44,226 nucleotides of DNA, from UHGV virus genome UHGV-0346409; one strand, given 5' to 3'. Numbering within the stretch: position 1 is the stretch's first letter; each line of letters opens with the position of its first letter. Positions 1-8,648 of this stretch are shown one piece after another. The notes beneath the pieces were generated by a model, which did no database searches, was not told the origin of the DNA, and saw only the letters and a list, made by a program, of their open reading frames with translations. The DNA comes from a virus. Position numbers and translations under genes: made by a program.

Positions 1-93
1 CGTTTTGCTCGCAAACTCGTCACTTGAACAAAATTGCACGGACAGGGACTGTTAAAATGCCAAATTTCCTGGCATCATGGCAACCATCTGAAC

Positions 94-183
94 GGAGAGA
101 TGCCGGAGCGGCTGAACGGACCGGTCTCGAAAACCGGAGTAGGGGCAACTCTACCGGGGGTTCAAATCCCCCTCTCTCCGCCA
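94..183 (+). tRNA. serU: tRNA-Ser, anticodon CGA, type II tRNA with long variable arm; serves as phage attachment target
   Basis: Read directly: GGAGAGA acceptor 5' strand, CUCGAAA anticodon loop (CGA), GGTTCAAATCC T-arm, TCTCTCC acceptor 3' strand, CCA end. Symbol is by recall of the enterobacterial tRNA-Ser(CGA) gene, not searched. Confidence 0.85.
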
Positions 184-199
184 CTTTATCAATGACTTA
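123..199. repeat. attL core: left copy of 77-bp direct repeat (3' part of tRNA-Ser plus 16 nt downstream)
   Basis: Identical to 44128-44204 by direct comparison; identity breaks at 122/44127 and at 200/44205. Confidence 0.85.
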
Positions 200-268
200 C
201 GTCACTCACTTTTCACCGTCGATCCCCCTGTTAGAACGGACTTAGAATATTCACTTAGAATTAGACCG

Positions 269-1297
269 TCACGGGTTTCTGCTCAGAACTGTGACATCCA
301 GCACCGGAATATCCAGAGTCGGAGAAACTGCAGGTTTGCGATCATACGTCAGCACCTGCGCCTCAGTTTTGTGACCAGAGAACAACTGCTTTTCTTTACT
401 GCTTCCGTCGTAGTCTGAGATCCCCTTCGCTTTTAAATCGTGAAACGTTCCCGTAATCGGGTAGCCCAGCTTTTCACTTGCCGCCGCCCTGGCTTTACGC
501 CAGATATCGTTAAATCCGGTATAACTGTATTGCCCGCCATATTTGTTACAGACCACGAAATGTTGTCCTCCCAACGATTTCGCCTGCTCAAGTGCGAACG
601 TCAGTCGCTCTGAATACTGTTTGATCTGCTTTTTGCCAGTCTTACCCTGTTGGATAAACAAACCCTTACTCATAACCTGATCCCACGTCAGCTTTCGTAT
701 ATCGCCGATCCGCGTGGCGCACAGATAGGCGATCTCCATCGCGCACTGTAAAACGGGAGATGCCTCCTGATAAATTGCGATATATTCCTCGTCCGTGAAA
801 TAGTAGTCGCGGGGCTTGAGGGAAAATTTACTGACGCCCTGGCATGGATTCCCTTTTACGTATCCGCGTTCGTATCCCCAGCGGAATACTCGCGACATAC
901 TGGCTTTTTCATGGTTCGCCTGTGTTTTGCTTTTCAGCCCCCGCTTGTCCATATACAGCCGCACGTGAGCAGGTTTTATGTTGTCGGCTTTCATTTTCCC
1001 GAACGCGGCGAGTAATTTCTTCTGGTGCTGCAGATAATCCTTTTGTGTACGCTGACCGAGTTCCAGATAGTAGGTGCTGTTGAGAAATTTGTTCCAGAGT
1101 TTACTGAACGTCATGACATCAATAGCATCATTCAGGATCTCTTCGTATTTCACCCATACCTGAGCAATTGACAGATCATTAATTTTACCCAGCGTAATAC
1201 ACTCTCGGGGCGTTGGTTTGAAATAATAGCTGTATTTGTTTTTATAAACGCGGGGTGGCAGCTTATTATCTTCCGCGCTTTTTCGTGTTCTGCTCAT
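269..1297 (-). CDS. int: Tyrosine recombinase / phage integrase
   Basis: 342-aa ORF beside the tRNA att site; C-terminal region has the R..HxxR..Y-type layout of lambda-family integrases (recall); ATG start overlaps upstream stop (ATGA). Confidence 0.85.
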   Translation of the reverse strand: MSRTRKSAEDNKLPPRVYKNKYSYYFKPTPRECITLGKINDLSIAQVWVKYEEILNDAIDVMTFSKLWNKFLNSTYYLELGQRTQKDYLQHQKKLLAAFGKMKADNIKPAHVRLYMDKRGLKSKTQANHEKASMSRVFRWGYERGYVKGNPCQGVSKFSLKPRDYYFTDEEYIAIYQEASPVLQCAMEIAYLCATRIGDIRKLTWDQVMSKGLFIQQGKTGKKQIKQYSERLTFALEQAKSLGGQHFVVCNKYGGQYSYTGFNDIWRKARAAASEKLGYPITGTFHDLKAKGISDYDGSSKEKQLFSGHKTEAQVLTYDRKPAVSPTLDIPVLDVTVLSRNP

Positions 1298-1512
1298 CAG
1301 ATTGCATCAAAATTTGGTTGTTCTTCTTCGGCAATCTGCACGGACCTTGCTCCGGACAGCGCAGCGTTTACATGCGTCCATGTGACGCGAGGTCGCCCAT
1401 CGCGGCGTTTTACATAAGAGATCCCGGCACGGGTCAGGGCGCCGCATTGTTTTGACGGGAACTGGTAGCCGGTCAGTTCAACCAGTTCCTCGTCGTTTAA
1501 CAGATCGTTCAT
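1297..1512 (-). CDS. xis: Putative excisionase / small DNA-binding protein
   Basis: 71-aa basic ORF immediately upstream of int and translationally coupled to it; preceded by GAGGAAAGACC motif. Assignment is positional. Confidence 0.5.
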   Translation of the reverse strand: MNDLLNDEELVELTGYQFPSKQCGALTRAGISYVKRRDGRPRVTWTHVNAALSGARSVQIAEEEQPNFDAI

Positions 1513-1672
1513 GGTCTTTCCTCATTATGTAGCTTATTGCGTCATCTGCCACATGGCAGGCACGGGCAATATCAGACTCGGTCAAGGCCTGTTTCCTGAC
1601 GCTGGCCGACAGTCGGCCAATTTTGATATCAAATGCGGAGAGCAGAGTTGCTCCCGGTTGCCATCGCAGCAT
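1478..1672 (-). CDS. Hypothetical protein (64 aa from the ATG at 1672)
   Basis: Strong AGGAGG 7 nt upstream of the internal ATG; the ORF-track start at 1702 is TTG and lacks an RBS. Confidence 0.5.
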   Translation of the reverse strand: MLRWQPGATLLSAFDIKIGRLSASVRKQALTESDIARACHVADDAISYIMRKDHERSVKRRGTG

Positions 1673-1721
1673 TGTGATCCTCCTGTTACTGGTGAATCGC
1701 AATGCTAGCGATGGTGAGTTT

Positions 1722-1904
1722 TTATTTCTGATTAGGCGTAATCAGTTCTGGTGGGGGGAATGCCGATTTCTCCCGCGTGACCTTAATGTTTTCTGGCAGG
1801 TGTAGCCCAAGTTCGCAGCGACTCCGTGCTTCAATAATGCCATTGGTACCATCGGCAAGTACCAGGTGAACCGCGTCACCACGCTTTAATGTGAGTTTAA
1901 GCAT
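1722..1904 (-). CDS. Hypothetical protein (60 aa)
   Basis: ATG start overlaps stop of upstream gene (TAATG), consistent with translational coupling in the early-left operon. Confidence 0.45.
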   Translation of the reverse strand: MLKLTLKRGDAVHLVLADGTNGIIEARSRCELGLHLPENIKVTREKSAFPPPELITPNQK

Positions 1905-2473
1905 TAGCGTACCCTCAGCGAACGTTCGCCGCGTTCCAGATGTGCGCCTGGTACCGGGTTTAATAACTCGGCTGGTGGTGTTTCTCCACGCGCCAGTATT
2001 TCGGCGGCAACCGCCTCCGCAGATTCAATCACTTCTTTAATGGCTCGCTTGTTTGGTGTAATAACCGTTTCTACATCAACAAGTGACACGCCTTCATACT
2101 CATCCGGGATCTTATCTTTGCTATCGATAATTACCCGGATAGCCCCCTGTGCATCAGTAAATGTGTTTTTTGCGGTTTTTAGTTTATCCAGGCCAGCAGC
2201 TTGCAGGCAGGCGAGCATATGCTTCCGAATTGCTTTTTCCTTGCCTTCAAAGGACGTCTTACGGGTAGCCAGGCGAGACATTTCTTCAGCGCAGGTACTG
2301 GCATTGCCCTGTAAATTGCGGCAGATGACCATCATGGCGTCCAGTTTGTCTCCCAGTTCTCCTTCCATACCTTCAAGTGTGTCGGCGATCATCTCTGGCG
2401 TCAGTTCGTCGGAGGTTTCCAGCAGGTCAATCAGGCTGGCGTATTCTTTTGCAATAGCGATAGCGGTGCTCAT
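1904..2473 (-). CDS. Gp157-like protein (siphovirus Gp157 family, recombination-module associated)
   Basis: 189-aa acidic helical protein whose N-terminus resembles Gp157-family proteins that accompany ERF/RecT in phage recombination modules (recall); coupled to the upstream ERF-like gene. Confidence 0.45.
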   Translation of the reverse strand: MSTAIAIAKEYASLIDLLETSDELTPEMIADTLEGMEGELGDKLDAMMVICRNLQGNASTCAEEMSRLATRKTSFEGKEKAIRKHMLACLQAAGLDKLKTAKNTFTDAQGAIRVIIDSKDKIPDEYEGVSLVDVETVITPNKRAIKEVIESAEAVAAEILARGETPPAELLNPVPGAHLERGERSLRVR

Positions 2474-4692
2474 GCTGTTTGCTCCTGTGCGGCGGCGAGA
2501 GCGGCGAGGCGTTCGGTTTTGATTTCATTCAAACGGCGCAGGCGCGAACCAAGATAAGTTGAATACTCCTTATCACCTTTGGATTCTGCGGCTTTGCGGT
2601 GAACTTCTACTTCCCGCGCAATAAGGCCATAGACTTTATTAACTTCATTGGGGGTTACGGCTGCAGCCAGTGTTTTGGCAACACCTGAGAGTCGTTCATC
2701 CAGTTCTTCACGCAGTCGGGTAGCATCCTCTGCTTTCTCGCTTGCCTTCTTAATACCGTATTCTGTATTCAGCTCGGCGGTGTAGGCACTATCGTTATGC
2801 ATATCCATATAAACATCTGCCGCAAATCCCAGATGAGATAGTGCTTTGACGGTGGCATCAGTAAGAGACTTTTTGGAGGCCTCTTTTTCCATTACCAGTG
2901 CCCCTTTGTTATTTTTTGATATGTAATCCGTGTGGCCATATGACGGAATAAATCCTTTCACTCCGTTCCAGACGTACCAGAGATCTATCCGGATGGTGTG
3001 TACTGACAGGCAGAACAGGGAGCCGTCAGCATCCCTGACAGGTTTTTGTCCAATAATTTTCCCTGTCTGATCCTGTATAGGTTCAAGTAATGGCACACCG
3101 CGATCCACTCGCTCCTCCTTGATTTCAACTCCCCAACCAATGCCTTCCATTCCCAGCACTTCAGTCGCACGCATCAAAATATATTGTGCGCGTATGGAGT
3201 GCAGTCCTGCACCGTAATCATTATGTGTGACATACGCAGGATCGGTCCGCTGAACGCGATTCCAGATAGCCAAATTTGCTTTGCTCTGGTCATCATTCAT
3301 TGCTGACAGATAATGCTCCATGCGAATTGATGCAGTTTTTTCCTCGGTATGGATCCGCTCAACCAGAGCGTCAACGTTCTGCACCAGGTCTTTTACCTGC
3401 TCGCTAAGTTTTTCTTGTGGAGGAGTCTCTTCTTCCAGGATAACAGTTACAGATTCCCGCTGTGATACGGCGTTATTTTCTGGTACGCCATACACATGGC
3501 GGGGCGTGACAAACTGCTCACGCAACTGCTGCAAACTACGCTCTCCAGCATTTGCTGCTTCGCTTTTTTCGCCCTGATTTGAGGGGGGTTCTGACATCAT
3601 CCCATCGATTGAGAATCGCCCGCCGCCGTGGTTGGTGACTTTTACATCACCCTTTGGTGCTGCGTCCTTTGGCTTCTCTTCAACAGCATTTGCATCACGC
3701 TGCCCGTTAGCTTGCAGCCAGTTGTCGATGTGACTGCGCAGGGATTGCGGGAAATGGTACGTGTCTTTTGCGGGGGCACTCTGAACGACACCGAATACGG
3801 ATGCCCGGTCATAGGAAAGGATCTGATCCGTTGTGCGCAAGGCCATTGACCAGCGTTTAAAATCCTCCCGATCCTGGCTGATTATTTCGTCTGCCGCTTT
3901 CAGGACGCTGGGGGTGATTTTTTCCGGGCCAACGGGTAACAGAGCGCAGGCAATTTCACGATCCAGTGTAGCGTGAGTCTGTTTGTAAGGACGTGCGGAT
4001 GCTGTTTCTGGTTTTACCTCCGGCAGCATTTCATCGCGTTTACCGGGATTCTCTACCCATTTTTTTATAAATTTGGAGATAGTCCAACTGGTCGGGTTTT
4101 GTTCCTGGGTATCGCAACTTGCCAAAATTGCATGTACCAGATTATTCAATCCAGCAATATGCATGTACTCGATGGGCTTACACGCCACCATGGCATCAAG
4201 AACGATGCGGTTAAACGCGTCAACCTCATCCTCACTGTCAGTATCACTGTTGTCGAGCATCTCCAGGTATTCACGCGTCTGCGCAAGCAATTCACTGTTG
4301 ACTTCGTTGGCGTCGTGGCTGAACAGCAGAACGGCGGCGAATCGTTCACGAGCCGGCAGTTTCATCAGGTCGTTAACCTGTGCGATATCTGCTGAACCGC
4401 TATCTACAACGGGGGTGTTAACTACCCATTTTTCGCCATCAAAACTGTGTTCTGTGGCGAACGTCTCATCAAACTCACCAACGCCTGGGCGCGGTTGGCC
4501 CGGGGCATCTTCCCAGATTTTAGGTTTGAAATAGTTGTCGCCGTGGTCAGGGTAGGCTTCCCACAATTTGCCGATGATGATGTTCTCGGCAACTTTTTTG
4601 TTAGGGGCGTCGATGGCGATGGCCAGCGCCGGGATCGCGCCGTTTTTGAGCGCGCCTTTTTTCGCTTCTAACAAGCCGTTAAAAATGGTCAT
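2470..4692 (-). CDS. Large recombination protein with ERF-like single-strand-annealing domain in its C-terminal half and an N-terminal ~430 aa of unknown function
   Basis: 740-aa ORF; region around aa 450-640 (NDYGAG..IRAQYIL.., ..KKSLTDATVKALSHLGFAADVYMD) resembles the ERF family by recall; preceded by ATGAGGAAAGACCA motif. Confidence 0.5.
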   Translation of the reverse strand: MTIFNGLLEAKKGALKNGAIPALAIAIDAPNKKVAENIIIGKLWEAYPDHGDNYFKPKIWEDAPGQPRPGVGEFDETFATEHSFDGEKWVVNTPVVDSGSADIAQVNDLMKLPARERFAAVLLFSHDANEVNSELLAQTREYLEMLDNSDTDSEDEVDAFNRIVLDAMVACKPIEYMHIAGLNNLVHAILASCDTQEQNPTSWTISKFIKKWVENPGKRDEMLPEVKPETASARPYKQTHATLDREIACALLPVGPEKITPSVLKAADEIISQDREDFKRWSMALRTTDQILSYDRASVFGVVQSAPAKDTYHFPQSLRSHIDNWLQANGQRDANAVEEKPKDAAPKGDVKVTNHGGGRFSIDGMMSEPPSNQGEKSEAANAGERSLQQLREQFVTPRHVYGVPENNAVSQRESVTVILEEETPPQEKLSEQVKDLVQNVDALVERIHTEEKTASIRMEHYLSAMNDDQSKANLAIWNRVQRTDPAYVTHNDYGAGLHSIRAQYILMRATEVLGMEGIGWGVEIKEERVDRGVPLLEPIQDQTGKIIGQKPVRDADGSLFCLSVHTIRIDLWYVWNGVKGFIPSYGHTDYISKNNKGALVMEKEASKKSLTDATVKALSHLGFAADVYMDMHNDSAYTAELNTEYGIKKASEKAEDATRLREELDERLSGVAKTLAAAVTPNEVNKVYGLIAREVEVHRKAAESKGDKEYSTYLGSRLRRLNEIKTERLAALAAAQEQTA

Positions 4693-4722
4693 TGGTCTTT
4701 CCTCATTACAGGTCAGTGGTTT

Positions 4723-5043
4723 TTAGTAGGGGAGCTCATCGGTATCTGGCGTGTATTCGATGCAAAGTAACTGCTGGATTTTGTCATCGATAGCAGCAAT
4801 ACGCTGTTGAGCGTCGGCGGCTGTATTCTGTTTTTGCTCACGCAGCTGCTCGACCTGCAAACCGATGATGTCGATTGGCTGGGGCTGGTTGACGGTAATT
4901 TCAATTTCGCGGCTTTCCAGAAGGATGTACCTGTCTGGAAAATTTTTTGACATATCAACCGTCGCAATAAACAGCTTTTCATGGCTGAAAGTTGAAGTTG
5001 CATAATGAATAAAGAGTGTTACTGGGATGGTGCGCGCTTCCAT
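4723..5043 (-). CDS. Hypothetical early protein (106 aa)
   Basis: ORF with AAGGAG 5 nt upstream of ATG. Confidence 0.5.
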   Translation of the reverse strand: MEARTIPVTLFIHYATSTFSHEKLFIATVDMSKNFPDRYILLESREIEITVNQPQPIDIIGLQVEQLREQKQNTAADAQQRIAAIDDKIQQLLCIEYTPDTDELPY

Positions 5044-6039
5044 AGCGACTCCTTGGTGATGTATACTCGGGACCGATCAGCGAATATTGATCAGCTTCCA
5101 TAGCGTCAGTGTCGTTGGTCTTTCCTCATCACAAGTTTGGTCACTTGTGATAAATCCGAATGGTTTGGTCGCCGTTCGGGGTAACTGGCCCGCCTTGTGC
5201 GGGTCTTTTGCTATCTAAAGGGTGCCGGTTACGTTTCCGGCGTCGTTATGTTTCCATCACGACCGTACGGGGCTGGTCTTTCCTGTTTTGAGCTGGTCAG
5301 GCTCATGGTCAACGCTGGTCAGGCGTGGTACTTCCTCCGGTCTTTCCCTGGTGTCACGCTGCGGGTTTGGCCTCTCCTGTTGGGGACTCAGGCACAGCGA
5401 TAAAACCTGGCTGTGTGAAAAAATGGCCCATCGTGCGGACTGGGCAAAGACTAAACACAGCAAATTGATGATGGGCGCCCGGAATCGAACCGGGTAACGG
5501 GCAGGGAGTTCCCGTTAAACACCTGTTCACCACAACCGGGAGCGCACTCCGCCATTTCAAAATTTAACGACAAAGCTCAAAGTTGAGTCGATGAAGTGCG
5601 CTCTCGTGTTGTAGCCAGGACTCTTCCCTGGTGGTCACACCGTATCGCCTTGATGGTGAATCAATCGCTCATACCTGGCTGTGGCTTGCACATTCCGGCT
5701 ACCTGCTATGGAGACAACGCGTTAAGGCTCCGCTTCCATCCAGACCGCTTCGACACATGTGCCATATGCCGGCGAAGTCTTTCCCTCTGTCATCGTGTTG
5801 GCGCCGACGCGCAAAATTTGATGCCGTCTTTCCGGCTGTCAGAACGTGTTTCTGAACAACTGCCGCTGGGTAAGCGTTGTTGATGAAAGTGACTTTACAA
5901 TTTGTATTTGTAATGGTCAACGTATTTTTAAAAAATAATTTGTAGTTAGGGGCAAAAAAATATTCACTGTGTAAAGGTGTTTTTGTGTTAGGGGGAAAGT
6001 TGCATGCCAGCAGCGGCTGGCCTGAAAATTTGAACTGAA

Positions 6040-6453
6040 CTATTTTGTCTGGTTTTTGGCTTCAAGTAGTTCTTTTAGCAGTAGATCGAAGTGCTCTCTT
6101 TTTTCTTTTAGCTCATTGATTAATTTATTTTTTTCGCTCTCAGGCAGTCCTCTGAATAGTTGCAGTAGAGCCTGTTCTTGCGGGGTTAGTTCTTGATTGT
6201 AATTACCCGGGTGTAGCGTGGATTCATCCAAATATTCCCCTTCATTCATGAAGAAAAAATGAACAGGGTATCCGGTCACTTTTGCTAGCTTGTCTAATTT
6301 ATCTTTTCTTGGAGTTACCCCATTACACCATGCCTGAACTGATTGAGCCGTAACCCCAATATGGCGAGCTAACTCAGATTGAGACCAGCCTAAGTCTTTT
6401 AGAATCCGTTGTAGTCGGCTAGCAAAAGCCATGTTTTTCGTTTTTGTGTTCAT
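6040..6453 (-). CDS. Phage repressor, XRE-family HTH, no S24 peptidase domain (CI-like position)
   Basis: N-terminal HTH (LGWSQSELARHIGVTAQSVQAWCNG); helical C-terminus; divergent from cro-like gene. Start ambiguous (ATG 6453 or 6432; ORF-track TTG 6468). Confidence 0.7.
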   Translation of the reverse strand: MNTKTKNMAFASRLQRILKDLGWSQSELARHIGVTAQSVQAWCNGVTPRKDKLDKLAKVTGYPVHFFFMNEGEYLDESTLHPGNYNQELTPQEQALLQLFRGLPESEKNKLINELKEKREHFDLLLKELLEAKNQTK

Positions 6454-6551
6454 ACCGTAAGGATACAAGGTTTAATTGTAGGGATCATTGCAAATATAAT
6501 TTGTAATTACAGTTATGATTTGTAATGATGGCGCGGACACAAGGAGTCCAT
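6454..6551. promoter_or_regulatory. Divergent immunity-region promoter/operator between repressor and cro-like gene
   Basis: AT-rich intergenic region with repeated TTGTAAT-type half-sites, including the palindrome TGTAATTACA at 6503-6512; position between divergent HTH genes. Confidence 0.45.
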
Positions 6552-6782
6552 ATGGATAAACAACTGCAAGACAAAATTCTTTCCGTAATGAGTCAATCCG
6601 AGTTAGGGCGGCGATTAGGGAAAAAACCACAAACGGTAAGCCTCTGGTTCAAAGGAAGGGTTCCCGGTGAAGAGGTTTTGCGCACATCTGAAGCTCTTGA
6701 ATGGCGCGTGACCCCCCATGATCTTAGACCGGATCTTTACCCAAACCCAGATGACAGCTTGCCTAAAACGAAAGCAGCTTAA
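6552..6782 (+). CDS. Cro-like HTH regulator (Cro/YdaS-type)
   Basis: 76-aa ORF with AAGGAG RBS, HTH-like segment (SQSELGRRLGKKPQTVSLWFKG), divergent from repressor. Confidence 0.65.
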   Translation: MDKQLQDKILSVMSQSELGRRLGKKPQTVSLWFKGRVPGEEVLRTSEALEWRVTPHDLRPDLYPNPDDSLPKTKAA

Positions 6783-6840
6783 CTGTTGGTGAGCCCCAAA
6801 TCTGATTAAGCGTAATCAATTTTTAGCGACAGGAGACGCT

Positions 6841-7317
6841 ATGGAAAACCAAGAGGAATTACAAAAAGAGATTTTGACCTGGGCGGCAAGGGCAGGGCAG
6901 GAACTCGTCACGATTGAAATCTGCCGGGCCTAGTTCAGTCAGGGACGCAATGATGAGTTGAGACTACATGAATTTGAGGACGCGGACGGCAATGTGGACT
7001 GGAGAGCCATCAACAACAATCGGCAGAAAATCTTTCGCTGGTTACGTGGCGAGACAACGGCGGCGCGCCGAAAAACTCAGGTGCTGGCCAGTGTGATGAA
7101 AGCCGTGCTACCCGCAGAACGGCGGGCACGTCTGGAGTCGCCGGGCGATCCCGTTTTGCTGGCAACGCTGGCGGCAAAAGAAGGGGTGGAAGCGATTAAC
7201 GCTGTACATCTCCACTTCGCGCCAGAGTTAACTATCCAGGAAATTGACGAAGCAATAGCGGCGCTGGTAGCGACGCGAGGAGCAGTGATACGCACTGCGC
7301 AAGACCACCATGCATGA
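6841..7317 (+). pseudogene. cII/YdaT-like regulatory gene interrupted by a single in-frame TAG at 6931-6933 (30-aa N-terminal ORF plus 119-aa downstream ORF in the same frame)
   Basis: One frame is open from ATG 6841 (AGGAG RBS) to 7317 except for TAG 6931; the downstream ORF has no ATG and was called from TTG 6958; RWLRGET motif and position after cro resemble YdaT/CII-like proteins (recall). Confidence 0.5.
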
Positions 7318-7356
7318 GCGCCTGACCAGCGTTTAACTTATACCGAGGAAAGACCG

Positions 7357-7581
7357 ATGTTAAGACATATTGACCGCATTACCTGGCGTAACGGCTGGCA
7401 CCTGAATGGGCGCCCGGCACATGTTGCAGAGATCCAACCTATTTTTGATGGGCGTATGGCTGCCGCGCTTTCGGTGTGGGAGCAGTATGAATCCAGGAAG
7501 GTCGAGTTGCGCGACAAAGGGCTGAGCAATGCGGACTATGAAGCCGGTTGTCGTCAGATAGCCGAAGCTCTGGAGATCTGA
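7357..7581 (+). CDS. Hypothetical protein (74 aa)
   Basis: ATG preceded by CCGAGGAAAGACC motif. Confidence 0.5.
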   Translation: MLRHIDRITWRNGWHLNGRPAHVAEIQPIFDGRMAAALSVWEQYESRKVELRDKGLSNADYEAGCRQIAEALEI

Positions 7582-7583
7582 GT

Positions 7584-8648
7584 ATGAGTCGTTTGCTGAT
7601 TAACGAAAACCCCCTTCAGGTCCTGCCCACGTTGGCATGCACTATAGGGTTGAATGAAGCCATCGTTCTACAGCAAATCCACTACTGGCTGAATTCATCT
7701 CAAAATTTCTTCGAAAATCGCCACTGGGTGTACAACAGTGTGACCGATTGGCAAGAACAATTCCCGTTCTGGAGCGAGTCGACAATAAAACGCGTGCTGG
7801 CCAATCTGGAAAAATTGAATGTGGTATTTACTGGGAACTTTAACAGTGATGCCTGGGATAAAACCAAGTGGTATTCAATCAATTATGCCCAGTTATGTAA
7901 GATTGAAGAGACAACATTCCCTGTGGCCAATCGATTAGGTCAAGTTGACCCAATCGAAGAGGTCAATGTGACCCAAGCATCAGGTCAAGTTGACCCATGC
8001 GCTAAGGTCAAAATGACCCAATCTCTTACAGAGAATACAACAGAGAGTACTACAGAGATAAAAGATCCCCCTTACCCCCAAAAGGGGGAGGGCGAGGAAA
8101 TCATTCTCGCTGACGCTCAAAAAGCTCTGAACTACTACAACGAGAAAGTCGGTACACGCTGCCGCGATGTTAAACCGTTTGTCATGCTGCTGACTGCCAC
8201 CACCACCCGCGCTGGTTACAGCGTGGCTGAGATTCAGTTAGTAATTCGTTGGGTTATTGCGACATGGCGCCGTCGTAGCGGAAGCGTGCCGAAACCTGCG
8301 AACATTTGCCGCGTAAACCGGTTTGACGGATATCTGGCTGACGCTGAGGCGTGGGCCACTGCTGAGGCTGCCGTTGACCCTGCTGAAGTTGTGAAGAGCT
8401 ACAACGAGATTCTGGGCGACCTGCTACCTATAGCTGAAATTGATACTGACCGCCGTCGGGCAATCCTGCGCCTGCTGGCACATATGCGCACGCAAACTCT
8501 TGGCGCATTTATCGGCTACTTCGAAAAATTCCGCGATAACGCCCCAGACTTCTATTTCGGCGGCGAATATCGCACCGGCTGGCGGGCAGGGTTTGATTAC
8601 CTGATGAAGCCAGAAACACTGCGTAAAACCAGGGAAGGGGCATTATGA
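7584..8648 (+). CDS. Replication initiator (lambda O-like) containing the origin iterons
   Basis: 354-aa ORF from ATG 7584 (GGAG upstream); four iterons inside the coding sequence as in lambda O/ori; coupled (ATGA) to the helicase gene. Confidence 0.65.
   Translation: MSRLLINENPLQVLPTLACTIGLNEAIVLQQIHYWLNSSQNFFENRHWVYNSVTDWQEQFPFWSESTIKRVLANLEKLNVVFTGNFNSDAWDKTKWYSINYAQLCKIEETTFPVANRLGQVDPIEEVNVTQASGQVDPCAKVKMTQSLTENTTESTTEIKDPPYPQKGEGEEIILADAQKALNYYNEKVGTRCRDVKPFVMLLTATTTRAGYSVAEIQLVIRWVIATWRRRSGSVPKPANICRVNRFDGYLADAEAWATAEAAVDPAEVVKSYNEILGDLLPIAEIDTDRRRAILRLLAHMRTQTLGAFIGYFEKFRDNAPDFYFGGEYRTGWRAGFDYLMKPETLRKTREGAL
7938..8020 (+). repeat. Origin iterons: four copies of GGTCAA-NN-TGACCCA at 7938, 7961, 7983, 8006, followed by an AT-rich stretch
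   Basis: Read directly; 22-23 bp spacing (about two helical turns). Confidence 0.75.

Noticed and set aside
844-1455. Plus-strand ORFs of 66-79 aa
   Set aside because: Lie inside or antisense to the integrase and excisionase genes; no RBS.
2040-2522. 160-aa plus-strand ORF
   Set aside because: Antisense to the Gp157-like gene; Ser-rich low-complexity translation.
5468-5495. tRNA-like T-arm and acceptor end (reverse complement ACCCGGTTCGATTCCGGGCGCCCA) on the minus strand
   Set aside because: The upstream sequence does not fold into acceptor, D and anticodon arms when paired by hand, so I do not call a tRNA gene; it may be a tRNA-derived relic. tRNAscan-SE would settle it.
5197-5920. Seven overlapping 68-95 aa ORFs on both strands
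   Set aside because: Mutually overlapping, no RBS, no recognisable motifs; typical spurious ORFs in a GC-moderate non-coding stretch.
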